From Octopus sinensis (Eukaryota): 64,000 bases of DNA. This document shows, in pieces, positions 27,864 through 41,236 of this stretch; the stretch's first letter is position 1, and every line of letters begins with the position of its first letter. The translations under genes and the position numbers were made by a program. Where the stretch lies: assembly GCF_006345805.1 (NCBI RefSeq), contig NC_043020.1, positions 16,554,001-16,618,000 on the forward strand, written 5' to 3'. Under the pieces are notes generated by a model. The model saw only the letters and a list, made by a program, of their open reading frames with translations. It did no database searches and had not been told where the DNA came from.

Positions 27864-29429
27864 TTAACAAATCTTTCTTCTGTTGGCACAAGACCTGAAG
27901 TTATGAGGCTAGGATCTATCCCATCAACTCCAGTACCTATTTTATTGTCCCCGAACAAGTGAAGGGCAAAATCAACTTCAACAGCATTTGAACTCACAAT
28001 GTAAAAGAGGAAGAAATGTTACTCCATTTGTAATAGCACTGACAGAGGCATGAATGTCACAGCGTATTACCCTCCTCATTTCTTAGGAAATCTATTGCTA
28101 AGTGTTTGTGTTTGCATAAGAAATCAATACTTGTTCTGCATCACATTTATCTCAGCTACAATCTATTAAGTGTGCTGGTCTTGAACTTCCAACTAGCTGA
28201 TTGGTGGCTGTCATACTGCAGTTGACTGCTAAGCTGAGATGTAAATCTAAAGCAAAATTGTAGCCCTGCCAGACACTATCATATCTTAAACTTGAAAGTG
28301 TTAACACAACTCTAGTTATTTCTGGCAGACAGTCGATGGTGGTTTTGACCAGTCTGATATTATATAACAGCAAACATCTTTATTAGACAGGCATATTATT
28401 GTTTTATTTTGTTTTGTTCTTTTATGTAACATATTCAGGGATTAAACTGGGGCAGTATTTCTAAATCAAAACCTTTTTTTTTTTTCAGTTTTATATTTAA
28501 GTATTAGGGACTTTGTCTGAGAATTATTCATCTCAAAGCTATATTCTGTTTAGTTTTTACACACACACACACACACACTCTCTCTCTCTCTCCCCCTCTA
28601 TATATATATATATATATATATATCTTAAAACATGTAGCTATTCTACTCTGATCATAAATTCACATTTACATCAATTATTATTCATATTTTTGGCTATATT
28701 CAGTGCCTTCTCCAGGCATGGGCACATTGGGAAGTCCCTTTAGGGGCTCAATTCTAATCTATGTATGCTGTGTGTTGCTATCAAAATATATGTATTTACT
28801 AATGGGACCCAGTGCAATGATTTGCCCAAGGCTTATAATAATGCCAAGACAGCACTGGCTGTGTTTGTAAATATTAAGTGACAGTTTCAAAAAGTTAGGG
28901 TTTATAGACAAGGAAAGTGGCCATCTAATGTATACTTTACAAATACAATCTGTAAGCAGAACAATAAATATATGCAAAACTTTTCTAGTGTTTTTGTTAT
29001 TCAAATTCCAGTGGTAAAGCTTTGCTTCTTTGTTAGGAGCCAGCTCCTTTCTTGTAAGAAGGACTCAATACTTAAATATACACATGTGTACACATGCAAA
29101 TACATACACATATTTTGGTACAAACATGGTTTAGTGATAAGAAGTTTGTTTCCCAACCACATGGTTCCAGGTTCAATCCCATTGCATGGCATTTTAGGCA
29201 AGTGTCTTCTATAGCCCAAGGCTAATTAAAGCTTTGTGTGTAAGTAGGCTTGAAAGTTTTTTTTTGACAGGGAGCTAGTTGATTTCATTGGACCCAATTC
29301 TCAACTGGTTCTTATTTTATCAATTCTGAAAGGATAAAAAGCAAAGTCTACCTCTATGGAACTTGAACATAATGCTAGAAGAACTGCTGCCAAACATTTT
29401 GTTCCATGTAATAAAAATTCCACCAGCTT

Positions 29430-30860
29430 GCTGCCCTTATATAATAATAATTGCTTCAAAGTCTGGCACAAGGCCAGCAATTTTAAGGGGAAGGGGAAGT
29501 TGATTACAAGAAACTAAACCCCACAACAAAACAGTCTGATGCAGTCCACCAACAGGAGGAGTTTACACACCTCCAATCCTCACAAAAAAGAGAAACAATG
29601 TTGCACACACCTCAGAATCACAGAGGTGCAACATAAATTCACATGAAACTATCAAAGAAATACTTATAGCAATAATCCTTTCTACTTTGTGTATAAGGCC
29701 TGAAATTTTGTGGGAGAGGACTAGTCAATTATGTCAACCCTTTAAGTTTTTAGTTCAAATTCTGCTGAGGTCCATTTTACCCTTCATCCTTCTGGAGTTG
29801 GTAAAATAAGTACCAGTTGAACACTGGGGTCGATGTAACCAACTTATCCCCTCCCCTGAAATTGCTGGCCTTGTGCCAAAATTTGAAACCAACTGGTATT
29901 ATTTTATCAACCTTGAAAGGTTGAAAGATAGTGTCAGTCCCAACAGCATTTGAACTTAAGCATAAAGTCAGAAGAAATATCACTAAGCATTTTGTCCCAA
30001 CATGCTAAAGGTTCTGCTAATAATTCTTTCTGTTATAGGCACAAGGCTTGAAATCTCGGGGAGGGGACTCGTCACTTACATGGACACCCATTACTTGAAG
30101 TCGATTTTGGTGGTATTTGAACTCAGACCATAAAGATAAATGAAATAACACTAAGCATTTTGTTCAGTGTGCTAGCAATTGTGCCAGCTCACTGCCTTAC
30201 ACCTTAATACTACTACTAATTATAGTAATAATAAGCACAAGATAATGATAATAATGATAATAAGCTCCTTTCTATGATAAGCACAAGACCGGAAAATTTT
30301 GGTGGGGAGATAGTCACTGACACTGACTGCAGTGCTTGACTGGTATGCTTAGCATCAACTCTGAAAGGATGAAAGGCAAATTGACCACAGTGGGATTTGA
30401 ACACAAAATGCAAAGATGGGAAAAATGGTGCTTAACATTTTGCCTGGTACTGTAGCAATTCTGCCAGCTCACCACCTTAATAATGATAATTAGGGTTTCA
30501 AATTTTGACGTAAGACCCGCAATTTCAGGAGAGGAGCTAAGACAAATATAACGACCCCAGTGTTCAGCTGGTCCTTACTTTACTGACCCTGAAATGTTGA
30601 AAGGCAAAGTGGACTTCAGTGGACATTTTGCCTGATACACTAACGATTCTGCCAGCTCACCACCTTAATAATGATAATAAGGGTTTCAAATTTTGACGCA
30701 AGACCCACAATTTCAGGAGAGGAGCTAAGACAATTACAACGACCCCAGTGTTCAACTGGTCCTTATTTTACTGACCCTGAAATGTTGAAAGGCAAAGTGG
30801 ACTTCAGTGGACATTTTGCCTGATACAGTAACGATTCTACCAGCTCACTGCCTTAATAAA
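29430..30860 (-). mobile_element. Head-to-tail cluster of old SINE B-variant copies, including a tandem duplication of about 190 bp
   Basis: Repeated aattctgccagctcaccacctt heads and ggcacaaggcc tails. Confidence 0.75.
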
Positions 30861-31329
30861 GACAATAATAATGAATTGTTAGTTTTATCAAACTATTGAT
30901 CAGTTTCATAACAGTATTGTTCGTAAGTTGTGAACTTACCTGTCTTCATACCTCACACTTTTTCCTATATTACCTATTGATTGGCTAACAGTAAGATTGT
31001 TCACCTATTCCCTATTGATTACCGTCATCCCGTTTCAATGAGGATTGCAACGATCTCCATTGTTAGTTTGGCCATAAGCTAGCAATTGTTGTATGACTTG
31101 CTCATCAAGTGGTCCGGTGAAAATGTATTTAATCTTCTTTCTTTGTTTCCTTTGTCATCACCATCATCATCATCATTGTCATCATCATCATCATTAGTGG
31201 TTTATAATTACAACTGAATAAATTTAGTAGTTGTGACTCGGTTTGTTGACGTTGCTTAGCTCAATGTCTTCTTAGAAATCAAGCAGACCCGTGGTCAAAA
31301 CATTTCCATCTTGACCGTCCCTTCTTTTT

Positions 31330-31542
31330 ATTTCTTTATTGCCCACAAGGGGCTAAACATAGAGGAGACAAACAAGGACAGACAAAGGTATTAAGTCGAT
31401 TACATCGACCCCACTGCGTAACTGGTACTTAATTTATTAACCCCAAAAGGATGAAAGGCAAAGTCGACCTCGGTGGAATTTGAACTCAGAACTACCGCTA
31501 AGCATTTCGCCTGGCGTGCTAATGTTTCTGCTAACTCGCCGC
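31330..31542 (-). mobile_element. SINE family B
   Basis: Near-consensus, with a small internal deletion. Confidence 0.85.
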
Positions 31543-32178
31543 CTTCAATTTTTATCTGTCCCTTCTTTTTATCAGTCGCAGTATATCTAGGATTACATTA
31601 TCCAGTGTGTCCTTCAATTTGTAAGATGATTGCATATGAGAGAGAGAGAGATTTAGCTTCTATTTCTAGAAAAGTTAGGGGACCACATAAAGGCTTCCTC
31701 ACCAATTTACTACAACTATACAAACACAACAGTAGTTGTATGTTTAATGCTACCATAAAGGTTAAGGTGACAAATTAGCATAATCATTAGTATACTGGAC
31801 AGAATGCTTAATGGCATTTCGTCTGTCTTAATTTCTGAGTTCAAATTCTGCTGAGGTCCATTTTGCCCTTCATCCGTCTGGAGTTGGTAAAATAAGTACC
31901 AGTTGAACACAGGGGTCAATGTAATCAACTTATCTCCTCCCCTGAAATTGCTGGCCTTATGCCAAAATTTGAAACCAATACGGAAATGGTCTATTAATCC
32001 AGTATCTAATTACCCAATAAACGCAATTTACTGACAATTTTTTTTTTTTTTGTAAAGCCTGATTTTTTTCTCCTAATTACCATCAGTGGCTGGCAGGATC
32101 ATTCCATTATTGTTTATATTTATGTTGAAAAGGATGTATTTTCTTTTATCAACTATGTATGTGTGTGCATATACATAT

Positions 32179-32536
32179 AGGCACAGGAGTAGCTGTGTGG
32201 TAAGAAGCTTGCTTACCAACTACATGGTTCCGGGTTCAGTCCCACTGCATGCACCTTAGGCTAGTGTCTTCTACTATAGCTTTGGGCCAACCAAAGCCTT
32301 GTGAGTGGATTTGGTAGAGGGAAAGTGAAAGAAGCCCATCGTATATATGTTTGTGTGTCTGTGTCTGTCTCCCCACCATCACTTGACAACTAATGTTGGT
32401 GTGTTTATGTCCCCATAACTTAGCGGTTCGGCAAAAGGAATGATAGAATAAGTACTAGGCTTACAAAGAATAAGTCCTGGTGTCAATTTGTTGGACTAAA
32501 GGCAGTGCTCCAGTGTGGCCACAGTTAAATGACTGA
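32179..32536 (+). mobile_element. SINE family A
   Basis: Head, core and tail present. Confidence 0.85.
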
Positions 32537-33023
32537 CCCTCATCATCATTTCATGTTTCCTGCTGGCATGGGTTGAACAGTTTGACAGAATCCAGTGGGT
32601 CCAAAAACTGCCTTGTGCTCTAAGGTGTCTTTTGGCAGGGTTTCTACAGCTGGATGTCCTTCCTTATGCCAACCACTTTACAGTGTGTACTGAGTGCTTT
32701 TTTTTCTCATGCCACTGGTAGTAGTGAGGTTGCCATACAGCTTGCAGGTCTACAAAATTCAAGGAGATGGTAGGAGCATCTCTATGTGAGGTGATGGTTT
32801 TAAGGTATGAGGGAAAGCAATGGGTAAGAGCTGGTTAATATTGTAGAGGAGCAGCTACATGGCTACTCACATTTAGGGGAGAGCAAGAATGAACCAGTAT
32901 CTTCGAAGTAGTGGTGATGAAATGTCCAGTAGCATTGTCCACTTATTAATGAAAATGATTTTCATTGTAAATAAAAATGACCAATTTGGGAAACGTATTA
33001 GAAAAACAAAGCTTGTAGAAAAG

Positions 33024-33067
<44 letters not shown>

Positions 33068-34200
33068 AAAGCTGAAATATTTTTCTGGAATATCTTCGTT
33101 ATAAGTAAGAAAGTTTAACCCTTTGAATTACTCAAGACAGATGTATTTAGAGAAAATTGATGGAACTAAAAAACAAAATACAGTATTGGACCAATTATCC
33201 AGCAAGTTAAGAACCAGAAGTGTCTTGAGTTTCTGGATTTTCCAGTTTTCTGGAGGCATTTAGCTGGCAGAATCATTAGCATGCTGGGCAAAATGCTTCG
33301 CAGTATTTCATCTGTCTCCACGTTCTGAGTTAAAAATTCTGCCAATGTCGACTTTGCCTTTTATCCTTTCGGGGTCGATAAATTAAATACCAGTTATGCA
33401 CTGGGGTTGATGTAATCGATTAGTCTCTTCCCCGAAAATTTCAAGCCTTGTGCCTATAGTAGAAAGTATTGTTATTATTATTATCATTGTTATCATTAAG
33501 GCAGTGAGCTGGTAGAATTGTTAGCATACCAGGCAAAATGCTTAACAGTATTTCATCTGTTATTACGTTCCGAGGTCAAATTCCACCGAGGTTGACTTCG
33601 CCTTTCATCCTTCAGGGTTGATAAAATAAGAACTGGTTGAGCACTGGGATCGATGTAACTGACTTATTCCCCCCCCCCAAATTACTGGTCTTATGCCAAA
33701 CTTTGGAACCACTATTATTATTATTATTATTATTATTATTGTTGTTGTTGTTGTTGTGTTCTTTAGTTGTTTGCTTCATTTCATTAAGATTCGGTTTCAT
33801 ACACTGACATATATGATAATCTAGTACCACGAAGGTCCCAAAAGCGCTGGTTTAATGTATACTGCATACATAGATGCATTTGTCTTGTAGCGCTGGCATC
33901 GTAATTTCTATGATTTTCATTTAGCTACAAAACATTCTGATAGAATTACAAATATCTATATAAACAATTGTCTTTTTTTTCTAAGACATCTCTGTGTAAT
34001 TTCATCAGCCTTATATATATTAATAATTCTATAGTTTTGGTCAGTTTTTATTGTTTATATATAATAGTGTGTGTGTGTGTGTGAATGTTGACATGAACTT
34101 CTTGACATTGACAAGCCCCGAGTAGGACGAAACATGTTTTTTTTCCTATGAATCACTGCTGTGACTGTTTTCCTTATTAAGATATATATATATATATATA

Positions 34201-34505
34201 GGTGGAGGTGCAATGGCCAAGTGGTTAGGGCAGCGGACTCGCGGTCATAGGATCACGGTTTCGTTTCCCAGACCGGGCGATGTGAGTGTTTATTGAGCGA
34301 AAACACCTAAAACTCCACGAGGTTCCGACAGGGGGTGGTGGCGGTCCATGCTGTACTCTTTCGCCACAATTTTCTCTCACTCTTTCTTCTGTTGGCCTGC
34401 TCGCTTAGCCAGCGGGGTGGCGTCGTTTGAAGGCTAAAACAATGCGAAGCGCATTGTGACCAGCGATGCGTAGCAACATCTGATAGCCTGGTCAGTCACG
34501 GTGAT
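34201..34505 (+). mobile_element. tRNA-Arg-like SINE (possibly the octopus OR type) inserted in (TA)n
   Basis: Head gcaatggccaagtggttagggcagcggactcgcggtc with A and B boxes; GC-rich body; (TA)n on both sides. Family name is tentative. Confidence 0.7.
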
Positions 34506-35204
34506 ATATATATATAAGGTTTTTAACACAAGTGTACAAAAAGATTTCACTCTGGCTAAAATCACAGCATTGTGCTTTTCAATGTTGTATATACATTTAG
34601 TATGATACATGATGTATACATACATTTACTATGCCAGAATAAATGTAGGGAGGCATGGGTTTTTACTGTTGGATACTCTTCTTGTCATCAATCATTTTAC
34701 CCTGTTTACTGGCTGCATTTCATTCTGCCACCAACACCAAAGAGATTGTCTGCAGAAGGACTAATAGTTTCCTCTAGATATTATCAGAATTATTCACTTG
34801 AGTTCTACTCACTGATCATATTGAATCTTTTTATCTTAAAAGAATATTTTTTTGGTCCTAAATTTTTAATCACTTTGGTTTGGTTTCATTTAGTTTCAAG
34901 TCTGATTGATATTCCAGATACATACTTATTGTGAATATTTTCATCTTTTCTTTTCTTTTCTTTTTTTTTTATTTATTTTCAAGTTTGTACAAATATGTTT
35001 AGTACCATCCCTCTTCTTTTGACACCAGTGCACATACAAAATGTTCCACCACTTTACTAGGGAAGTGCTGCCTACTTTGGAAAGCACTAGTGTATTTACT
35101 TTTTGATAGCTATAAATTCATTGAGATTTATCACCTGCGCACGCGCGTGTGTGTGTGCATGCATGCATATATTTATATATATATATGCATGCACACCAGC
35201 GTCG

Positions 35205-35460
35205 CCTTACTGGCACCTGTAAAAAGATTCAAGCGAGGTCATTACCATTACTGCCTGACTGGCCCCGTGCCAGTGGCATGTAAAAAGCACCCACTACACT
35301 CTCAGAGTGATTGTCGTTAGGAAGGGCATCCAGCTGTAGAAACTCTGCCAGATCAAGATTGGAGCCTTGTGCAGCCATCTGGTTCGCCAGCCCTATGTCA
35401 AAATCGTCCAACCTATGCTAGCATGGAAAGTGGACGTTAAACGATGATGATGATGATGAT
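35205..35460 (+). mobile_element. Short retroposon family C (ttaggaagggcatccagc core; tail atgctagcatggaaag...aaac(gat)n)
   Basis: Other copies at about 9340, 18837, 27300, 32540, 48697, 52508, 58380 and 60935. Confidence 0.8.
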
Positions 35461-35632
35461 GTGTGTGTGTGTGTGCATATATGCATGTATACATATGTGT
35501 GTGAATTTGTATACTTGTATATATACATCTGTATGTATATGTGTGTGTATATGTAAATATATATATATAAAAAATATATATATATATACATGTGTGTGTG
35601 TGTGTAGATATGCATATGTTTACATGTGTGTG

Positions 35633-35664
<32 letters not shown>

Positions 35665-35975
35665 GCATATGTTTGCATGTGTGTGTGTGTGTGTAGATAT
35701 GCATATGTTTACATGTGTGTGTGTGTGTGTGTGTGTAGATATGCATATGTTTACATGTGTGTGTGTGTGTGTAGATATGCATATGTTTGCATGTGTGTGT
35801 GTGCATGCATGCATGTATATATATGTGTGTGAATTTGTATATATGTATATATACATCTGTGTATGTAAATATATATATATACACATATATGTGTGTGTGT
35901 GTGTAGATATGCATATGTGAATGTTTGTTTGTATGTATGTGAGAAAGCATGTGTATATGTACACACATGTGCAGA
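35455..35975. repeat. Compound (TG)n microsatellite with the unit gtagatatgcatatgttt(a/g)catgtgtg repeated about 5 times
   Basis: Direct inspection; source of the HT/CV-rich ORFs. Confidence 0.9.
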
Positions 35976-36632
35976 TCTTGCATAAAAGTTTAATACTTTA
36001 TATCTTCGGAGAAAGAGAGGGAGGACTCTTCAGTTTCATTAAGTTAGGAATGATATATACTCTCCATAACTAAATCGAAATAATTCACTGATTACGAACA
36101 AGAGATCAAATACATTAAGCCGTAGCTATTTGTCATTCATCATTATATCAATATCAATCAAACTTTTCTTACCAGATTTGTCGACATTTCTTACTAGAAT
36201 TAAATCTATTAAAGCAGGTAAAAGATTTAACAAGTTTTGAATACATACATATATATATATATATGTATTTTTTTTTTTTTTTTGGTAATTTTCCACATGC
36301 ATTCCATGCATAAGCATAGCTTCTGCTTTTGACAGCATTTCTATCAATATTAAATTTGGGGTTTTAGCATTTACTTAAGCCATGTGCTTTTCTATATTAC
36401 TTTTGTATGATTCAGTATTTGGTTAGCTTATCAGTGAAATGATTTAGTTTTGAAGAACATTGGGTACAGCCTGGAGAATACTGGTGATTATTAAAGTATC
36501 TGGATTTTAAATCTCTCTTCTTACATTCACTGTTGTATGCATAGTTTTGTGTGTTGAGCCGGGAAGGGAAACATCTATAATTTGTCTAAACTTACACGTG
36601 TTCATTCATCCACAGAAACTGGAAGTGTTTTA

Positions 36633-37038
36633 TTTACTCTTTTACTTGTCTCAGTCATTTGATTGCAGCCATGCTGGAGCACCGCCTTTAGTCGAGCAAA
36701 TCAACCCCAGGACTTATTCTTTGTAAGCCTAGTACTTATTCTATCGGTCTCTTTTGCTGAACCGCTAAGTTACAGGGACACAAACACACCACCATCAGTT
36801 GTCAAGCGATGCTGGGGGCACAAACACAGTCACACAAGCATACACACACACACACACACACACATACATATATATATATACATATACGATGGGCTTCTTT
36901 CAGTTTCTGTCTACCAAATCCACTCACAAGGCTTTAGTCAGCCCGAGGCTATCGTAGAAGACACTTGCCCAAGGTGCCACGCAGTGGGAACGAACCCGGA
37001 ACCATGTGGTTGGTAAGCAAGCTACTTACCACACAGCC
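36633..37038 (-). mobile_element. SINE family A (young)
   Basis: Near-consensus; followed by an older copy at 37055-37428. Confidence 0.88.
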
Positions 37039-37559
37039 TCATGGAAATCTTTTATCCTTTATCTTCTTGTTTCAGTCATTGAACTGTGACCATGCTGGGG
37101 CACCACTTTGAAGGGTTTTAGTCAAATAAATCGACCCCAAGCCCTATTTCATTTATAAGCCTGGTTATTATTCTCTCAATGCTTTTTGGTGAGTCACTAG
37201 GGTTACAGAAGCATAAAAAATTCAACATTGGTTGTTAAGTGGTGGTGGGACACACACACACACACACATGACCGAATTCTTTCAGTTTCTATCTACCAAA
37301 TCCATTCACAAAGCTTAGGTTGACCTGGGGCCATAATAAAAGACACCTGGGCATGGTACCATGCTGTGGGACTGAAACTGGAACTATGCATTTGGGAAGC
37401 AAGCTTCTTAACCACACAGCCATGCCCACACTTACAGCAGATTCAGAAAATCATGTAGCTATCACAGTAAGCTCCTCTTACAGACTTGGTTATCAGTTCA
37501 CATGGTGTATACCAGAATGTAAAATTATTACTTATTTGACACCTAGCCATCATTTATTT

Positions 37560-37607
<48 letters not shown>

Positions 37608-38499
37608 GGTTTGGAGATGATGTACAGGTATTTTATATTAGATGAAATGAGGTACTCAGAAATTCTGATGGTTTTATATTTACAGATATTTATTTGTATA
37701 TTACATGTTTTTATACATCATATATCATATATTAGTGCTTTCGTCCATTCTAGTGGAGTTTTCAAATTGAATTAAGTTCTTGGGAAAATTTGACTATTTT
37801 TATAGTGTTATTGAGTGTGTAGTGGTGGGGAGAGATATAAGATAGTACAAAAGGGTGATGAATATATATATATATATATATATATAAGAAAAAAAGGGAT
37901 TAAAAATTCAGGCAGATATCAATAAAGCACTCAGTTTTAAATGAATTTGGTTAAATATATCCAGCAATCAGATGCCAATAAATACAAGTAGATTTAAATA
38001 TCATTAGGAGAATTTTGAGAAATTCAGTGTGTTATACATAAAATATACGTATAGAGAAAATTGTTTTTAATTGTAGAATTCATCTTACAAAGCCAACAAT
38101 TGTTTCTATTAACATATTTAGATAGAGAAAATATCAAACATCATTGAAATTCATATTTCTGAAAATACATGTTAACACAATGTTTTCAAAGTGATCCACA
38201 ATTGGTTAAATTCAAAGTGAATTCGTGTATGTTTGTGTAAGGAATAGCTTTCCTTTTAGACATGGTATGTTAAAAATTTGACTGAAACAAGGAAAAGATG
38301 AAAGAGAAGATAATCAATACAAAATATTAATATCCTGACCTTCTGTGTGTCTGTCTGTGTGTGTGTGTGTGTGTGCAAAATTGCATTTGACCCTCTGATA
38401 ACTGATGAGGAGTTGCTGAGCTATGTCTATTTTCCATTCATTCATGTAATTATTATATATTTTTCAACTTTTATATATATATATATATCACACCTACAC

Positions 38500-38890
38500 A
38501 TACATACACACATCTCATCACAACACACCACCCACACACCCATCCCCACATCTTCACACCTACACATACATACATACACACGTCCAGACCACCAGCCCTC
38601 TTTCACACGCACATACATACTCTCTTATACACACACACACCTTTGTGTTGGGGATCATCTTTACCTTGTTATCTCCCCTACTTTCCTCTTCCTGTCTGAC
38701 CATTTTGTCCGAGTCAGATGCCATGATAGATCGTTAGCCACTACACACATTTTTTTTTCTCTCCTCGTTTTTTCTGTGTCCCTTTCTGTAGAAGAGCGTA
38801 GGCTCGAAACGTAAAAGACTTTTTCTATTCCTGAGCGCTATTGTAATACATGTTTGTTTTGTACACCACCTATCTACGTCTTTTGTTTTT
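38500..38890 (+). mobile_element. Penelope-like element terminal remnant
   Basis: C/A-rich low-complexity stretch followed by a hammerhead-like motif and (TA)n, a layout typical of PLE 3' ends; no coding part is visible. Confidence 0.5.
38782..38817 (+). ncRNA. Minimal type I hammerhead ribozyme motif (variant core)
   Basis: Stem I cttt/aaag; core CUGUAGA plus A; stem II gagc/gctc with loop gtag; GAAA; palindromic stem III ACGU; cleavage triplet GUA. Confidence 0.7.
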
Positions 38891-38904
38891 TTTTCATAAA
38901 CTTT

Positions 38905-38939
<35 letters not shown>

Positions 38940-40892
38940 CTTATAAAAATTACAAACCTTGTAAATACAGCTACCCAGGGTTTCCTGATCAAAATAATTT
39001 ATTCTGCCATTTATCAAGCTGAAAACAAGACTGTTTGCCAGTTGTCTTTTGAGCAGATTATCTTTACTCTCTTATATGTATAGGAAAATGAGATGGCAAA
39101 AGGATTAAACAATCAGATAATCATTTATATCTTTGTCATCTCATTTTCTTATTACTGCTCCGTATTCGACTAACATCATCATCATCATCAGACATTCCCC
39201 CCTCTGATTATCATTTATTCCAGTCTTCAAAATCATTTGTACGGAAAAACATGAATTCTGTAGGCAAGGTCAGAACAGTATTAAAGGAGTGTTTTTTGCC
39301 ATAGACAAGTGAATTTTGGAAGAGGGACCTTGCAAATCTACCAGATAGATAGAAGAATGTTGTAGAAAATGAAGGAGAGTATATTTTAGATTTTAAAAAA
39401 TCTTTGTTTATCTTAATTTTGAAAAATAAAAGTATAAAAGAACCACATCATTTATGGAATGATTCAATATATATATATATATACACACATGGGGGGAGGT
39501 GAGCTGGTTTCTTCACGTTTTCATCTAATCACACTTGGTTTTTTTAAATCTCCTGTAAGCTGAACATTCCATAGTTCAGCATATTTCATGTTTTGACAAG
39601 TGAACAGTAATGGATTAAAAGTATCTTATTTGAAAATACAAGTAAGGTTTGGCAAATAGGAAGGGCATCTGTCATAGAAAACTGCATCACTGCAATAATA
39701 CTCATCTAATCCATGTCAAAATGAAAAAAAAAGCAAGCATAAAAATGTGATGATAACGATGATGACGATGTTTTATATAAGGAAAAATAAAATGAAGTTG
39801 ATTAATTATTGTTACTGACTTGAACATTTTCTACACAATCCTATTTATATACATCATTGTACACAATCAGTGTAAAGATGTATATTTTCCATTAGTCGTT
39901 CTAAATTAACAAGGTAAAAAGAAAAACAAAACAGAAAATAACAATTGTATTGATGGAAGGTTGTTCTATTATGGGACTCTGGTGGTAGTCAAGCCTTTAT
40001 GATTTTTCTAAATATAAGGATCCAAACAATGATTTTGATTTGATTTGGTGAATAATTTCAAACAATCATTGGAAAATGTGCTTTCAAACATACTTGATCA
40101 ATCATTTGTAATTGCTAACAGTGGAAGTAGAGAATTCCCCAACAGCTTGTTCATCTGTTCATCCACCGCATTAAATACTTTCAGAAATGTTGTTATTTTA
40201 CCAAAATGAGGCAGCATTGAAAAATAAGGAAACTAGAAATGAAAGGATATAAAAAAAAAAAGAAGAGAAAAAAAACCCTCAAAAAAAAAAACCAAAAACA
40301 CAATGGGAAATTCGGCATTGCTATGATGACAATCATGGTTTAACATTGGAGACATTATTATAGATGGGATACAGCTCTTTATTATTAATGTGTGACAGCT
40401 GGTTAAATACATGACTGGAGGTAAAAAGCTTTTTCACTGAGAGTGTTCTATAAAGTCACCTGTACTTTGAAGCAACTCAATAGCAAGCGGGGAGAAAGGA
40501 TGATTATGTTAATCGTTTGTAAGTTTAAAAGGAAGGAGTGACTGAGCTTTTAGCGTCATCAGAGTAAGGGAGTTAATTATGTTGTGTTACAATATTAAAT
40601 ATGGATCGATGAACACCGAGAGGGGAACAGTAATGGTTTGTTCAGTCAAAAGGCATTGATTGGAAATTTTTGAAATATTGAACCAATCAAACAAAGGAAT
40701 ATAATATTAATTTAATTTAGTTAATTAGTAATTCTGAGTAATGTTTGAAGTAATTACCATCATTATGGATCTTCCTTTTGATCATACATGGTGTGGAGCA
40801 TTTTGATCATTATTGCCATAGTTGCTATGGTTGTTCCCACCCAAGGGAACAACTATGGTTTGACCAAAAGAGCTGGCTCTTAAGATATTTCA

Positions 40893-40929
40893 TATATATA
40901 CATATATATATATATATATAATATATATA

Positions 40930-40983
<54 letters not shown>
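40893..40983. repeat. (TA)n microsatellite
   Basis: Direct inspection. Confidence 0.95.
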
Positions 40984-40985
<2 letters not shown>

Positions 40986-41210
40986 TCTCTTTCGGATTTA
41001 TGATTTACTGACAATATGCATATATTGTAGTATACACGTGCTACATGCTTATATTTCATGTAATTTATGTTTAATTAGGTTTTTTTTTTTTGTTTGTTTT
41101 TTTTTGGGTTTTTTTTTTTTTACCTATTCTCAACATATGAGAAATGATTGTCAGCGAACGTTTGCCGTTTCTATTGCCATGACAATGTCTGAATAATTTA
41201 ATACAAATTC

Positions 41211-41236
41211 TTTGCTAATTTGTTTTGTAGGTAACT
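41211..41236 (+). other. Candidate recursive splice site (3' acceptor directly followed by a 5' donor)
   Basis: tttgctaatttgttttgtag|gtaact: branch-like gctaat, U-rich tract, AG at 41229-41230 and GT at 41231-41232. Confidence 0.3.

Noticed and set aside
34201-34280. tRNA gene
   Set aside because: A and B boxes are present but there is no complete cloverleaf, and it runs into a SINE body. The same applies to the heads of families A, B and E.
35150-35820. Cluster of TGCATG (Rbfox) motifs
   Set aside because: Arises naturally from decay of mixed TG/TA/CA microsatellite and is far from any supported exon.
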